Sequence record: OW969666.1
DNA: 64,000 nt
Source of the DNA: a plasmid
Direction: 5' to 3' (one strand)
Below, one piece after another: positions 51,931 through 63,028 of the stretch. Below the pieces are notes generated by a model that was given only the letters and a program-made list of their open reading frames with translations, did no database searches and had not been told where the DNA came from. The stretch's first letter is position 1; every line of letters starts with the position of its first letter. The position numbers and the translations under genes were made by a program.

Positions 51931-53696
51931 CTAAGCCGGTTGCAGCGGTCGTAGCGGCCTGAACTTGCCCGCGCCGATCTTGGCGCTGCTGCGCCAGAGG
52001 TAATCGCCGGTGAGGTTGATGTGCTCCCAACCGAGCGGCGACAGGTACTGCAACAGCGCGTCATCAACGGCATGGCCGTTGCCACGCAGCGCGTGCGCAG
52101 CCCGTTCCAGATAGACCGTGTTCCACAACACGACGGCAGCCGTTACCAGATTGAGGCCGCTAGCCCGGTAGCGCTGCTGCTCGAAACTGCGGTCGCGGAT
52201 TTCACCCAGGCGGTTGAAAAACACTGCCCTGGCCAGCGCATTGCGCGCCTCGCCCTTGTTCAGGCCGGCATGCACGCGGCGGCGCAGTTCCACGCTTTGC
52301 AGCCAGTCCAGGATGAACAGCGTGCGCTCGATGCGGCCCAGCTCGCGGAGCGCCACGGCCAGGCCGTTCTGGCGTGGGTAGCTGCCGAGCTTTCGGAGCA
52401 TCAGGGAGGCCGTCACCGTGCCCTGCTTGATCGAGGTGGCCAGCCGCAGGATTTCGTCCCAATGGGCGCGGACGTGCTTGATGTTGAGCGTGCCGCCGAT
52501 CATGGGTTTCAGCGCGTCATAGGCGGCGTCGCCCTTCGGGATGTAGAGCTTGGTGTCGCCCAGGTCGCGGATGCGCGGCGCGAAGCGGAAGCCCAGGAGG
52601 TGCATCAGGGCGAAGACGTGATCGGTGAAGCCCGCCGTGTCGGTGTAATGCTCCTCGATCCGCAAGTCGGACTCGTGGTACAGCAGGCCGTCGAGCACGT
52701 AGGTCGAATCGCGCACGCCGACGTTCACGACCTTGGTGTGAAATGGCGCGTACTGGTCAGAAATGTGGGTGTAGAACGTCCGCCCTGGGCTGCTCCCGTA
52801 TTTCGGGTTGATGTGGCCGGTGCTCTCGGCCTTGCTGCCGGTGCGGAAGTTCTGGCCGTCCGACGATGAGGTGGTGCCGTCGCCCCAGTGCTCGGCGAAG
52901 GGATGGCGGAACTGTGCGTTGACCAGATCGGCCAGCGCCGCCCCGTAGGTTTCGTCGCGGATGTGCCAGGCTTGCAGCCAAGCCAGCTTGGCGTAGGTCG
53001 TGCCGGGGCAAGACTCCGCCATCTTGGTCAGGCCCAGGTTGATCGCGTCGGCGAGGATCGTGGTCAGCAACAGGTTCTTGTCTTTGGCCGGGTCGCCCGA
53101 TTTCAGATGCGCGAAATGCCGAGTGAAGCCCGTCCATTCGTCCACCTCCAGCAGCAGTTCGGTGATCTTGACGTGCGGCAGGATCATTGCCGTCTGGTCG
53201 ATCAGCGCTTGGGCGGTGTCGGGTACCGCCGCGTCGAGCGGCGTGATCTTCAAGCCTGACTCGGTGATGATGGCGTCCGGCAGCTCGTTGGCCGTCGCCA
53301 TACGGTTGACGGTGGCAAGCTGTGTTTCCAGCAGCGTCAGCCGGTCGTTCAGGTACCGGTTGCAGTCGGTGGCCACGGCCAGCGGCAATTCGCTGGCCTG
53401 CTTGAGGCTGGCGAATTTCGCGGGCGGCACCAGGTAGTCCTCGAAGTCCTTGAACTGGCGCGACCCCTGCACCCAGATGTCGCCGGAACGCAACGCGTTC
53501 TTCATCTCCGACAGCGCGCACAGTTCGTAGTAGCGCCGGTCGATGCCGGTGTCGGTCATGACCAGCTTCTGCCAGCGCGGCTTGATGAACTCGGTCGGCG
53601 CGTCGGCGGGCACCTTGCGGGCGTTGTCGCTGTTCATGCCGCGCAGCACCTCGATGGCGTCGAGCACGTCCTTCGCGGCGGGAGCGGCCCGCAGCT
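51931..53696 (-). pseudogene. tnpA: Tn21-subfamily transposase 3' portion, 5'-truncated by IS26
   Basis: About 588 C-terminal codons (...[36 protein letters not shown]) end next to the IR. The 5' end abuts the IS26 IR. Confidence 0.85.
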
Positions 53697-54516
53697 GGCA
53701 CTGTTGCAAAGTTAGCGATGAGGCAGCCTTTTGTCTTATTCAAAGGCCTTACATTTCAAAAACTCTGCTTACCAGGCGCATTTCGCCCAGGGGATCACCA
53801 TAATAAAATGCTGAGGCCTGGCCTTTGCGTAGTGCACGCATCACCTCAATACCTTTGATGGTGGCGTAAGCCGTCTTCATGGATTTAAATCCCAGCGTGG
53901 CGCCGATTATCCGTTTCAGTTTGCCATGATCGCATTCAATCACGTTGTTCCGGTACTTAATCTGTCGGTGTTCAACGTCAGACGGGCACCGGCCTTCGCG
54001 TTTGAGCAGAGCAAGCGCGCGACCATAGGCGGGCGCTTTATCCGTGTTGATGAATCGCGGGATCTGCCACTTCTTCACGTTGTTGAGGATTTTACCCAGA
54101 AACCGGTATGCAGCTTTGCTGTTACGACGGGAGGAGAGATAAAAATCGACAGTGCGGCCCCGGCTGTCGACGGCCCGGTACAGATACGCCCAGCGGCCAT
54201 TGACCTTCACGTAGGTTTCATCCATGTGCCACGGGCAAAGATCGGAAGGGTTACGCCAGTACCAGCGCAGCCGTTTTTCCATTTCAGGCGCATAACGCTG
54301 AACCCAGCGGTAAATCGTGGAGTGATCGACATTCACTCCGCGTTCAGCCAGCATCTCCTGCAGCTCACGGTAACTGATGCCGTATTTGCAGTACCAGCGT
54401 ACGGCCCACAGAATGATGTCACGCTGAAAATGCCGGCCTTTGAATGGGTTCATGTGCAGCTCCATCAGCAAAAGGGGATGATAAGTTTATCACCACCGAC
54501 TATTTGCAACAGTGCC
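53697..54516 (-). mobile_element. tnp26: IS26 copy 7
   Basis: The transposase ORF is at 53749-54471. Confidence 0.97.
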
Positions 54517-54532
54517 CTGTTTAGAGTACTAT

Positions 54533-55033
54533 ATGCGCCTGCAACAGTGGGCCACCGAAAATATTAAAAAACTGCTTTATCTCGCGGGGGATGACGCGGT
54601 GATTAATTACGGGAAAATGCGGCTGGAATTTTTGCAGAAAGCACTGGCGCAGGATACCTCCGGTGACTTCTGCTTTCGTGTGCTGCATCCGGAAGTGTCT
54701 GGCCCGCCGGATATGAAAAAGGCTTCCGCCGGGTACCGTGACTTTATTATCGGTAACAGAGCGTTGCTGGATCTGGTGAATTCAGCCGGTGAAGGGGCTC
54801 CGGTTGCGCATTATTCCGCTGATGAAATTCAGTCATTATTTTCGGCACAAATACAGGGGTCGGTGGATAAATACGGCGATAGTTTCCTGACGGATGATCC
54901 GTATGTGCTGGCGGAAGACAAGCTGCAAACCTGTCAGATGGAAATTGATTTAATGGCGGATGTGCTGAGAGCACCGCCCCGTGAATCCGCAGAACTGATC
55001 CGCTATGTATTTGCGGATGAGTGGCCGGAATAA
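54533..55033 (+). CDS. hypothetical protein upstream of catA2 (possibly 5'-truncated)
   Basis: The ORF starts 17 bp after the IS26 end. The annotated first Met lies within IS26, so the true N-terminus may be missing. Confidence 0.4.
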   Translation: MRLQQWATENIKKLLYLAGDDAVINYGKMRLEFLQKALAQDTSGDFCFRVLHPEVSGPPDMKKASAGYRDFIIGNRALLDLVNSAGEGAPVAHYSADEIQSLFSAQIQGSVDKYGDSFLTDDPYVLAEDKLQTCQMEIDLMADVLRAPPRESAELIRYVFADEWPE

Positions 55034-55182
55034 ATAAAACCGGGCTTAATACAGATTAAGCCCGTATCGGGTATTATTACTGAATACCAGACAGCTTACG
55101 GAGGACGGAATGTTACCCATTGAGACAACCAGACTGCCTTCTGATTATTAATATTTTTCACTATTAATCAGAAGGAATAACC

Positions 55183-55717
55183 ATGAATTTTACCCGGATT
55201 GACCTGAATACCTGGAATCGCAGGGAACATTTTGCCCTTTATCGTCAGCAGATTAAATGCGGATTCAGCCTGACCACCAAACTCGATATTACCGCTTTGC
55301 GTACTGCACTGGCGAAAACCGGTTATAAGTTTTATCCGCTGATGATTTACCTGATCTCCCGGGCTGTTAATCAGTTTCCGGAGTTCCGGATGGCAATGAA
55401 AGATAATGAACTGATTTACTGGGAACAGTCAGACCCGGTCTTTACTGTCTTTCATAAAGAAACCGAAACATTCTCCGCACTGTCCTGCCGTTATTTTCCG
55501 GATCTCAGTGAGTTTATGGCGGGTTATAACGCGGTAACAGCAGAATATCAGCATGATACCAGGTTGTTTCCGCAGGGAAATTTACCGGAGAATCACCTGA
55601 ATATATCATCGTTACCCTGGGTGAGTTTTGACGGATTTAATCTGAATATCACCGGAAATGATGATTATTTTTCCCCGGTTTTTACAATGGCAAAGTTTCA
55701 GCAGGAAGGTGACCGCG
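55183..55717 (+). pseudogene. catA2: chloramphenicol acetyltransferase CatA2, 3'-truncated by IS26
   Basis: MNFTRIDLNTWNRREHFALYRQQIKCGFSLTTKLDITALRTALAKTGYKFYPLMIYLISRAVNQ... gives 178 native residues, then IS26 read-through. Confidence 0.88.
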
Positions 55718-56537
55718 GGCACTGTTGCAAAGTTAGCGATGAGGCAGCCTTTTGTCTTATTCAAAGGCCTTACATTTCAAAAACTCTGCTTACCAGGCGC
55801 ATTTCGCCCAGGGGATCACCATAATAAAATGCTGAGGCCTGGCCTTTGCGTAGTGCACGCATCACCTCAATACCTTTGATGGTGGCGTAAGCCGTCTTCA
55901 TGGATTTAAATCCCAGCGTGGCGCCGATTATCCGTTTCAGTTTGCCATGATCGCATTCAATCACGTTGTTCCGGTACTTAATCTGTCGGTGTTCAACGTC
56001 AGACGGGCACCGGCCTTCGCGTTTGAGCAGAGCAAGCGCGCGACCATAGGCGGGCGCTTTATCCGTGTTGATGAATCGCGGGATCTGCCACTTCTTCACG
56101 TTGTTGAGGATTTTACCCAGAAACCGGTATGCAGCTTTGCTGTTACGACGGGAGGAGAGATAAAAATCGACAGTGCGGCCCCGGCTGTCGACGGCCCGGT
56201 ACAGATACGCCCAGCGGCCATTGACCTTCACGTAGGTTTCATCCATGTGCCACGGGCAAAGATCGGAAGGGTTACGCCAGTACCAGCGCAGCCGTTTTTC
56301 CATTTCAGGCGCATAACGCTGAACCCAGCGGTAAATCGTGGAGTGATCGACATTCACTCCGCGTTCAGCCAGCATCTCCTGCAGCTCACGGTAACTGATG
56401 CCGTATTTGCAGTACCAGCGTACGGCCCACAGAATGATGTCACGCTGAAAATGCCGGCCTTTGAATGGGTTCATGTGCAGCTCCATCAGCAAAAGGGGAT
56501 GATAAGTTTATCACCACCGACTATTTGCAACAGTGCC
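55718..56537 (-). mobile_element. tnp26: IS26 copy 8
   Basis: The transposase ORF is at 55770-56492. Confidence 0.97.
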
Positions 56538-57121
56538 AGTTTGCGTGCAATACGGTTTCCCACGCCCCAGATCTCTTCGACCGGCTGCAGTGAAAGCAGT
56601 TTCCGCGTTCGCTGAGGATTCCCCCTGGTCAGGGCGAGCACACCACGAAACTGTTTCCACTCCTTTGAGGCCCACTGGGCTGATTTTGCCAGGGTTTTCG
56701 TCGGCCCGGCACCCACGCCGATGGTCAGACGGGTACAGTCATACACGTGCTGGCGCAGCTGCCGGCCGAAGTCCTCCAGGTCCATGCAGTGCTCAACGCC
56801 GGTCAGGTCGAGGAACATCTCGTCAATCGAATACTGTTCCACCCTTGGGGCCAGCTCCTCCAGGCAGCTCATCACGCGCGCTGACATCGAGGCATAAAGT
56901 TCATAGTTGCTTGAGAACGCGTATATTTTTTCCGGATACGTTTCGTTTTTCATCTGAAACCACGGCATGCCCATTTTGATCCAGGGCTTTGCCTCGGCAC
57001 TTCTTGCGATAACGCAGCCATCGTTATTACTGAGCACCACAACCGGCTTTCCTTTCAAATCCGGGCGGAAAACACGTTCGCAGCTGGCATAAAAGCTGTT
57101 CACATCGGCCAGGGCAAACAT
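56538..57121 (-). pseudogene. umuC: umuC 5' portion (error-prone polymerase V subunit), interrupted
   Basis: [41 protein letters not shown]...GNRIARKL is followed by the IS26 IR. The start overlaps the umuD stop (ATGA). Confidence 0.9.
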
Positions 57122-57552
57122 CAGTACATCTCCCTCGGGCGGTGGATGATGTGCGTGACGACGCCAAAGATATCCAGATCGTCCGGGTCGGGATAAATCG
57201 GCGGCCAGGCGGCGTTCATTGGCTGCAGCGTCAGTCGTGGCGTCAGCAGAAGCCGTTTAACCGTAAACTCCCCCTGCACACTGGCCACAACAATATCGCC
57301 GTGCCGGGGCTTCTCTGCACTGTCCACAACCAGCAGATCGCCATTGTAAAGGCTGCCGTCGGACATGCTGTCACCGCTGGCACGGAGATAGTAAGTCGCG
57401 CTTGGGTGCCGTATGCAGTAATCATGGAGATCCAGGTCGGACTCGACATAGTCAGCGGCAGGGCTCGGAAAACCGCAGCTGGCCAGGTCTGCAAACAACG
57501 GATGGGCCTGTGGCGGGAGTGCTTTCCCGGTGCTGAAAAGCTGCAGTTTCAT
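57121..57552 (-). CDS. umuD: UmuD (LexA-like self-cleaving SOS mutagenesis protein)
   Basis: The 143-aa product has a Ser-Lys dyad context ([10 protein letters not shown]). It is coupled to umuC. Confidence 0.9.
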   Translation of the reverse strand: MKLQLFSTGKALPPQAHPLFADLASCGFPSPAADYVESDLDLHDYCIRHPSATYYLRASGDSMSDGSLYNGDLLVVDSAEKPRHGDIVVASVQGEFTVKRLLLTPRLTLQPMNAAWPPIYPDPDDLDIFGVVTHIIHRPREMY

Positions 57553-57574
57553 CTTTCCTCCTGACGTCTAAATA

Positions 57575-57594
57575 TACTGGATATGCATACAGTA
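57575..57594. promoter_or_regulatory. LexA (SOS) box in the umuDC promoter
   Basis: TACTGGATATGCATACAGTA matches the CTG-N10-CAG consensus and lies about 25 bp upstream of the umuD start. Confidence 0.75.
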
Positions 57595-57780
57595 TATTTA
57601 ACAGCGTGAGGATAATCCAGATCACCTGCTTCATGAACAGGGTGAGTAACCTAAGTTACTCAAAATGCTATTTAATATCATTATGGAACATTTAAATTAC
57701 TCATAATGAGAAGTATGGCTTTTATTTTGCCATTTTGCTCTTATAATATGTATCAAATTGAGTTTAATTGACGGAGCATA

Positions 57781-58755
57781 ATGATGAATATTTACTGCGA
57801 TGATGGTTCAACTAATGTTAAGCTGGCATGGTTTGAAGGAAACGAGCTGCAGACCCGGGTTTCTGCTAACTCCTTCCGGCATGGCTGGAAAGTGGCGGAA
57901 TTCAGTGCCGCAACGTTCAACTATCAGGTGGGCACGCTGAAATACACCTGGGACAGCGTCAGCCGGGATGCCATCCCGACAACAAACGTGGAATACCAGT
58001 ACGGTGATCTCAACCTGCTGGCCGTGCATCATGCCCTGCTGAACAGCGGACTTGAGCCGCAGCCGGTGAGCCTGGCCGTGACGCTGCCCCTGAGCGAGTA
58101 TTATGACGGGGACTGCCAGCGGAACGAGGAGAACATCCGACGCAAACGAGAAAACCTGATGCGTGAGCTGGTTCTGAATAAGGGCAGGGCATTTACCGTA
58201 ACGGACGTGAAGGTGATGCCTGAATCACTGCCGGCGGCGTTCTCCCGTCTCGCGGAGCTGAAGCCCGGACCCGCTGAGACCACCCTGATTATCGATCTCG
58301 GCGGAACCACGCTCGATGCCGGCGTGATTGTCGGACAGTTTGATGATATCAGTGCGGTACACGGCAATCCGTCTGTCGGCGTGTCACAGGTCACCCGCGC
58401 AGCTGCAGGCGCGCTGCGGGCTGCAGACAGCGAAACCAGCGCGCTTATTGCTGACACGGTCATCCGCAACCGCAATGATCGTCAGTATCTGCAGCGAGTG
58501 ATCAACGATGCCGGAAAAATTGACGATGTTCTGAACAAAATTACAGAGGCAATCACTTCCCTGGGCGCGCGTGTCACCAGTGAGCTGACGGTCTTCAGGA
58601 GCGTTAACCGGGTATTCCTGGTCGGGGGAGGGGCATCCCTCATTGAAGAGGCTATCCGTCAGGCCTGGCCTCTGGCTCCTGACCGTATCGAGGTTATCGG
58701 CGATCCGCAGCTGGCGCTGGCCAGAGAGATTGCCCTTTACAATAAAGAGGACTAA
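57781..58755 (+). CDS. parM: actin-like segregation ATPase ParM/StbA
   Basis: The 324-aa product has the actin-fold phosphate motif IDLGGTTLD and is followed by a small adaptor gene. Confidence 0.85.
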   Translation: MMNIYCDDGSTNVKLAWFEGNELQTRVSANSFRHGWKVAEFSAATFNYQVGTLKYTWDSVSRDAIPTTNVEYQYGDLNLLAVHHALLNSGLEPQPVSLAVTLPLSEYYDGDCQRNEENIRRKRENLMRELVLNKGRAFTVTDVKVMPESLPAAFSRLAELKPGPAETTLIIDLGGTTLDAGVIVGQFDDISAVHGNPSVGVSQVTRAAAGALRAADSETSALIADTVIRNRNDRQYLQRVINDAGKIDDVLNKITEAITSLGARVTSELTVFRSVNRVFLVGGGASLIEEAIRQAWPLAPDRIEVIGDPQLALAREIALYNKED

Positions 58756-58757
58756 AC

Positions 58758-59420
58758 GTGCCGGACGGCCAGTATTCTTTCTATCTGCACAGCGACGATC
58801 GCACCGACATCACGGCGATGGCGACCATCAGCACCATCTCACAGCCCCTGCGCGGTGACTTCATTCGGACCGCCGCCACCGCCGGGGCGGTGATGTACCA
58901 GACGGATGCCCGTTTACCGGCGCTGATCCCGGTGTTCTTTGACGGACATCTGAGTGCCATCCGGCTTTGTGCCGTGATGGCGCTGGTATCCGGCACCTGG
59001 TCTTCACTCTCAGGACTTCCTGATGAGCCTGATGGTGGCGTTGCTGCTCTGGCCATGTCACCGGAGACCGAATACCAGCGCCGGCGTTACACCCTGACGC
59101 TTCAGGATGACCGGAGCAGTGAACGGGTTGAGCGTGTGCTGACGGGCGTGTCATCCCGCCTGCGCGGAGAGCTGCTGAGAAACCTGATAATCACCGGTCT
59201 GGCCCTGCATACGACCGCACCGGAGCTGCCGCGTCTGCTGGCCAGCATGCCGGTACCGCCCGGCACGGTCAGCGAGTTGCAGGTTCTGGTTCAGCAGATG
59301 GCCGATACGGCTGACGTGAGTATGGCTGCAGTGCCGGCGAAACCTGCGGAGCCTGCCGCACCGGTATCCGCTGAAGCGACCAGCATAAAGAAAAATATGC
59401 GCCGGGCATTCGGAGACTAG
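58758..59420 (+). CDS. stbB: StbB/ParR-like segregation adaptor (GTG start)
   Basis: The 220-aa ORF lies immediately downstream of parM. I recognise no domain, so assignment is by context. Confidence 0.5.
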   Translation: MPDGQYSFYLHSDDRTDITAMATISTISQPLRGDFIRTAATAGAVMYQTDARLPALIPVFFDGHLSAIRLCAVMALVSGTWSSLSGLPDEPDGGVAALAMSPETEYQRRRYTLTLQDDRSSERVERVLTGVSSRLRGELLRNLIITGLALHTTAPELPRLLASMPVPPGTVSELQVLVQQMADTADVSMAAVPAKPAEPAAPVSAEATSIKKNMRRAFGD

Positions 59421-59423
59421 AGC

Positions 59424-59687
59424 ATGTCAGTGATTAAACAAAAAGCAGTGCAGTGCATTCATAACTTTCTGCGGGCCCGGAACGTGCCTGAATCTCAGTG
59501 GCCGGAACGGGTCAAAAAGACCGGCAGGGGAATGATACTGGCTGGCGTGGCCGTCGTGGTTCCTGGCGTTCTGGTTGATAACATCTCACTGCCGGTGACA
59601 ATCGCGATGCAGGTCTGCTATGCCTCACTGATCGGCCTCGGGGTTCTCCTGGCGTTTGACGAGAAAAAACCAGAGGGGCGGGGATGA
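59424..59687 (+). CDS. hypothetical small membrane protein
   Basis: The 87-aa ORF has one or two hydrophobic segments. Confidence 0.35.
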   Translation: MSVIKQKAVQCIHNFLRARNVPESQWPERVKKTGRGMILAGVAVVVPGVLVDNISLPVTIAMQVCYASLIGLGVLLAFDEKKPEGRG

Positions 59688-59715
59688 ATATGAACATTAA
59701 CCTGAAGGAAACAGT

Positions 59716-59919
59716 ATGCAGCTTGAAGAACTGACAGGAGACGAACGTACGCTGGTCGTTGTGGCACTGCAGGCGTTGTTCCGCGAGAGATTATCCGCAT
59801 CAAATGCCGTCTTTACGGTATGTAGCCTGTCCGGAAAAGAGCAGCCGCCGGAAGATATTTTTGGGCTGCGTGAAGTAGAGGATGCGCTGAGACGTATTGG
59901 TGCAGCTCCTGCGCGTTAA
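59716..59919 (+). CDS. hypothetical small protein
   Basis: The ORF is 67 aa. Confidence 0.3.
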   Translation: MQLEELTGDERTLVVVALQALFRERLSASNAVFTVCSLSGKEQPPEDIFGLREVEDALRRIGAAPAR

Positions 59920-60094
59920 ATCCGGTCCCGTACACTTCAGAAAAAAACGGCAGAGTGACATCTCATCCCTGCCGTCAAAACTAAACGCTTAATTTTTCGG
60001 CGATTATAATGTATTGTTTTGTGATGTAAATCACATTTTAATTTAATGTGAAATTTTTCCTCCGCTTTATATCTCCCGTAAAAAATTACCCGCC

Positions 60095-60280
60095 GTGCCT
60101 TCACGCTAACCCGGCCGCTGCGGTCGCAAGGGTTCACGTTGTCTCCGTCCTCACCCGTTCGCGCCCTGCACGGTGCATTCAGCCCGTGAAGGGCTTGCGC
60201 TGCGGCTTCGGCGTCTCCCTGGCGTCCTCCGCTTTACGCCGTGTTTTTGTGGCGGCACGGCGCAAGAGGGTGCCGGATGC
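60095..60280 (+). repeat. leading-region hairpin repeat copy 1 (Frpo/ssi-like)
   Basis: This ~185-bp unit contains the hairpin TTCACGGTGCATTCAGCCCGTGAA and the motif GCGGCACGGCGCAA. Homologous copies lie at 61080-61265 and 62818-62998. Confidence 0.75.
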
Positions 60281-60293
60281 TGAGGACACAACC

Positions 60294-60761
60294 ATGTTCA
60301 GACTGACCTGTATTGAACCCGATAACGGCGAGTTTGCCGTCTATATCAATCACCATTACCTGGGGAGTGAAGATGCCAGCGGAGAGCGACTTTCTCTGGG
60401 GGAGGTTCTGGAGCAGCTCTCCCTGCTGCCGGGCGTGGAATTACAGACCCTGCTGGAACCCGTACCGGAGTGCGATGACTGGTGCTGGAACGACATCGCC
60501 GATCGCGTCCTGCCGCCGCGTCCTGCATGTCGTGATGATGTGACGGTAGCAGGGCTCATCGCCAGGCTGAAGCAGTACCCACCGGATGCACTGTGTATGG
60601 GGACGTTCTGGCTGGAAGATGATTTTCTGTCGCTCGATAGCAGTCTGTCGGAGGAGGAAATTGCAGAAGCCATGCGTATCGGCGACCACAGCCACGATGC
60701 AGGCATCGGTTTTAATTGGGACACGCTGCAGTTCGCTATCGACCACGTGAAGGGGCGCTGA
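60294..60761 (+). CDS. hypothetical leading-region protein
   Basis: The 155-aa ORF starts MFRLTCIEPDNG directly after repeat copy 1. The ORF-track N-terminal extension lies within the repeat. Confidence 0.5.
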   Translation: MFRLTCIEPDNGEFAVYINHHYLGSEDASGERLSLGEVLEQLSLLPGVELQTLLEPVPECDDWCWNDIADRVLPPRPACRDDVTVAGLIARLKQYPPDALCMGTFWLEDDFLSLDSSLSEEEIAEAMRIGDHSHDAGIGFNWDTLQFAIDHVKGR

Positions 60762-61079
60762 AAAAAAGGACACCATCCGGGGAGGGGGTGTCCTGAAGCC
60801 ATGCAATTCGTTACAGGTGAAAACCCTTAAGATGTTTTCGGCGCTGATAATCACATAATCACTTCGCACTTTCACCTGCCATATATCCGAATCAAAAAAA
60901 AGACGTCTCCGGTCGGGGACGTCCTGAAATCAAAGGCACACATGTCAGATAACGGCGCGAATCCATTATCAGCGTGCATTCTGCCATACACTCACGTACT
61001 CATCAGCTACCAGAACCGGTACCGAAGGATGTCGGTTCCCTCCGCCTTATTGCCGCCAGCCGGCGGCGTGTTCAACGCC

Positions 61080-61265
61080 GTGCCTTCACGCTAACCCGGC
61101 TGCTGTGGTCGCAAGGGTTCACGTTGTCTCCGTCCTCACCCGTTCGCACGTTTCACGGTGCATTCAGCCCGTGAAAGGCTTGCGCTGCGGCTTGCGGCGT
61201 CGCCCCTGCGCCCTCCGCTTTTCGCCGGGTTTTTGTGGCGGCACGGCGCAACAGGGTGCCGCATA
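61080..61265 (+). repeat. leading-region hairpin repeat copy 2
   Basis: It is homologous to copy 1 and immediately precedes the methyltransferase gene. Confidence 0.75.
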
Positions 61266-61283
61266 TCAGAGAGGAGTGTGTCT

Positions 61284-61976
61284 ATGTCCCGTTTTATTCT
61301 GGGTGACTGCGTGCAGGTGATGTCCCGTTTTCCGGCACGTGCCGTCGATTTTATTCTTACCGATCCACCGTACCTGGTTGGCTATAAGGACCGTACCGGC
61401 CGCACCCTGGCCGGGGACAACTCTGCCGAATGGCTCCAGCCCGCCTGTCATGAAATGTACCGCGTGCTGAAAAATGACAGCCTGATGGTGAGTTTCTATG
61501 CCTGGAACCGCGCGGATCTGTTTCTGAATGCGTGGAAAACGGCCGGTTTCCGGGTGGTTGGCCATATCGTCTTTGCCAAGAGCTACGCCTCAAAATCGAC
61601 GTTCGTGGGTTACACCCATGAGAGCGCCTACCTGCTGGCGAAGGGAAGGCCGCAAACCCCGGACCGTCCCATCCCGGACGTGATCCCCTGGAAATACACG
61701 GGCAACCGACATCACCCGACGGAGAAGCCGGTGCAGAGCCTGCGGCCGCTGATTGAATCGCTCACGCGTCCGGGGGCTATTGTCCTTGACCCGTTCGCCG
61801 GCAGCGGCTCCACCTGCGTGGCCGCCGCCGAAGCCAGCCGCCGCTATATCGGGATCGAGATGCTTGAGCAGTACCACGCCGCCGGCGTTCGACGTCTGGC
61901 ACAGGTTGAACGGGCAAGAAGGATGCCGGCGGCCAATGACGGCGCGTTTTACCCCGACTGGCCGGAGGCGGCATGA
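61284..61976 (+). CDS. orphan DNA N6-adenine/N4-cytosine methyltransferase
   Basis: The DPPY catalytic motif (ILTDPPYLVGY) and the AdoMet motif (DPFAGSGSTCVAA) are present. No cognate nuclease is adjacent. Confidence 0.8.
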   Translation: MSRFILGDCVQVMSRFPARAVDFILTDPPYLVGYKDRTGRTLAGDNSAEWLQPACHEMYRVLKNDSLMVSFYAWNRADLFLNAWKTAGFRVVGHIVFAKSYASKSTFVGYTHESAYLLAKGRPQTPDRPIPDVIPWKYTGNRHHPTEKPVQSLRPLIESLTRPGAIVLDPFAGSGSTCVAAAEASRRYIGIEMLEQYHAAGVRRLAQVERARRMPAANDGAFYPDWPEAA

Positions 61977-62194
61977 ACTACCCGGGCCTTGAACACCTGC
62001 GCGCGGACGTGGCCGCGCTCAGCAATGCCATGTGTGACGTGCGGATGCTGCTGAACCGCCTCGAATCGCAGCACCGGCACGACGCGGCAACGCTTACCGA
62101 ACGTATGGCTGCGCAGACTCTGCGCCGGATCAACACCCTGCTTCTTGAAGCCTACCGCGAAGCCCTGGTGCTGGACGAAACCTTTCAGGACTGA
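61973..62194 (+). CDS. hypothetical small protein
   Basis: The 73-aa ORF overlaps the methyltransferase stop by 4 bp. Confidence 0.4.
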   Translation: MNYPGLEHLRADVAALSNAMCDVRMLLNRLESQHRHDAATLTERMAAQTLRRINTLLLEAYREALVLDETFQD

Positions 62195-62249
62195 CTGACC
62201 CTGCCGGGCTGATGCCCGGCCTGTAACCCCTTACAAGAGAGAACAAACG

Positions 62250-62672
62250 ATGTACGGAACCCGCGAAGAACTTTGTGTACAGCTTAAAAACATGTTCACG
62301 TTTGACGAACCCCTGGTCCTGCTGGTCTGGACGGAAGAGGGGATTAGCGTGGCCTGCCGTGAAGCCCAGCCAGAACCGGACGGGGCTGAAATCCGGAATC
62401 TGATGAAGGCGATCGGCGAAATGAAAATGACGCAATACCGCCAGGAGGGGGTAAATAATCTGACTGTCAGCGATCTCCTGGCCCGTCAGTGGGAAGTGGC
62501 AAACCGTCAGGTGAGTGTTCCGGCGGTACTCCTGTCCCGCGTCCTGCGTAACTATGAATGCGAGCTGGAAAACCGGATCGGTATGGCCTGGGAAGCCGGG
62601 CGGCAGGAGCCTGAATCCGTCAGGAATGAGCTGAAGGACGTTCACGCATTACAGGAGACGCTGGCCGCGTAA
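62250..62672 (+). CDS. hypothetical leading-region protein
   Basis: The ORF is 140 aa. Confidence 0.45.
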   Translation: MYGTREELCVQLKNMFTFDEPLVLLVWTEEGISVACREAQPEPDGAEIRNLMKAIGEMKMTQYRQEGVNNLTVSDLLARQWEVANRQVSVPAVLLSRVLRNYECELENRIGMAWEAGRQEPESVRNELKDVHALQETLAA

Positions 62673-62817
62673 GGGAGAGAGCCGGGGTAACGCCCCGGCA
62701 ACCGGTGGCCATCCACTGCGAAAAGGATGTCAGTGCCTTTCGCTTTTATCCGCCGCTGCCCTCCGGGCCACGTCGGGACAATGAAACTCCTCTGAAGCTC
62801 CGTGCGGTGACGGCATG

Positions 62818-62998
62818 CGCCGTGACTTCACTGTAGCCCGGCCGCATCGGCCACAAGGGTTCGCTTACGCCTCCGTCCTCACCCGTTCGCACCCTTCACG
62901 GTGCATTCAGCCCGTGAAGGCTTTGCGCTGCGGCTTGCGGCGTCGCCCCTGTGTCCTCCGCTTTTCGCCGGTTTGTCGTGTCGTCACGGCGATGCCGG
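62818..62998 (+). repeat. leading-region hairpin repeat copy 3
   Basis: It is homologous to copies 1 and 2 and precedes the putative antirestriction gene. Confidence 0.75.
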
Positions 62999-63028
62999 AA
63001 CCGAGAATATGTTAACCGTGGAGGATCT

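Noticed and set aside
60048-60293. An N-terminal extension of the ORF at 60048-60761, and similar extensions at 61158 and 62951.
   Set aside because: Each extension is translated from the hairpin repeat itself. In every case the better start is the first Met after the repeat.
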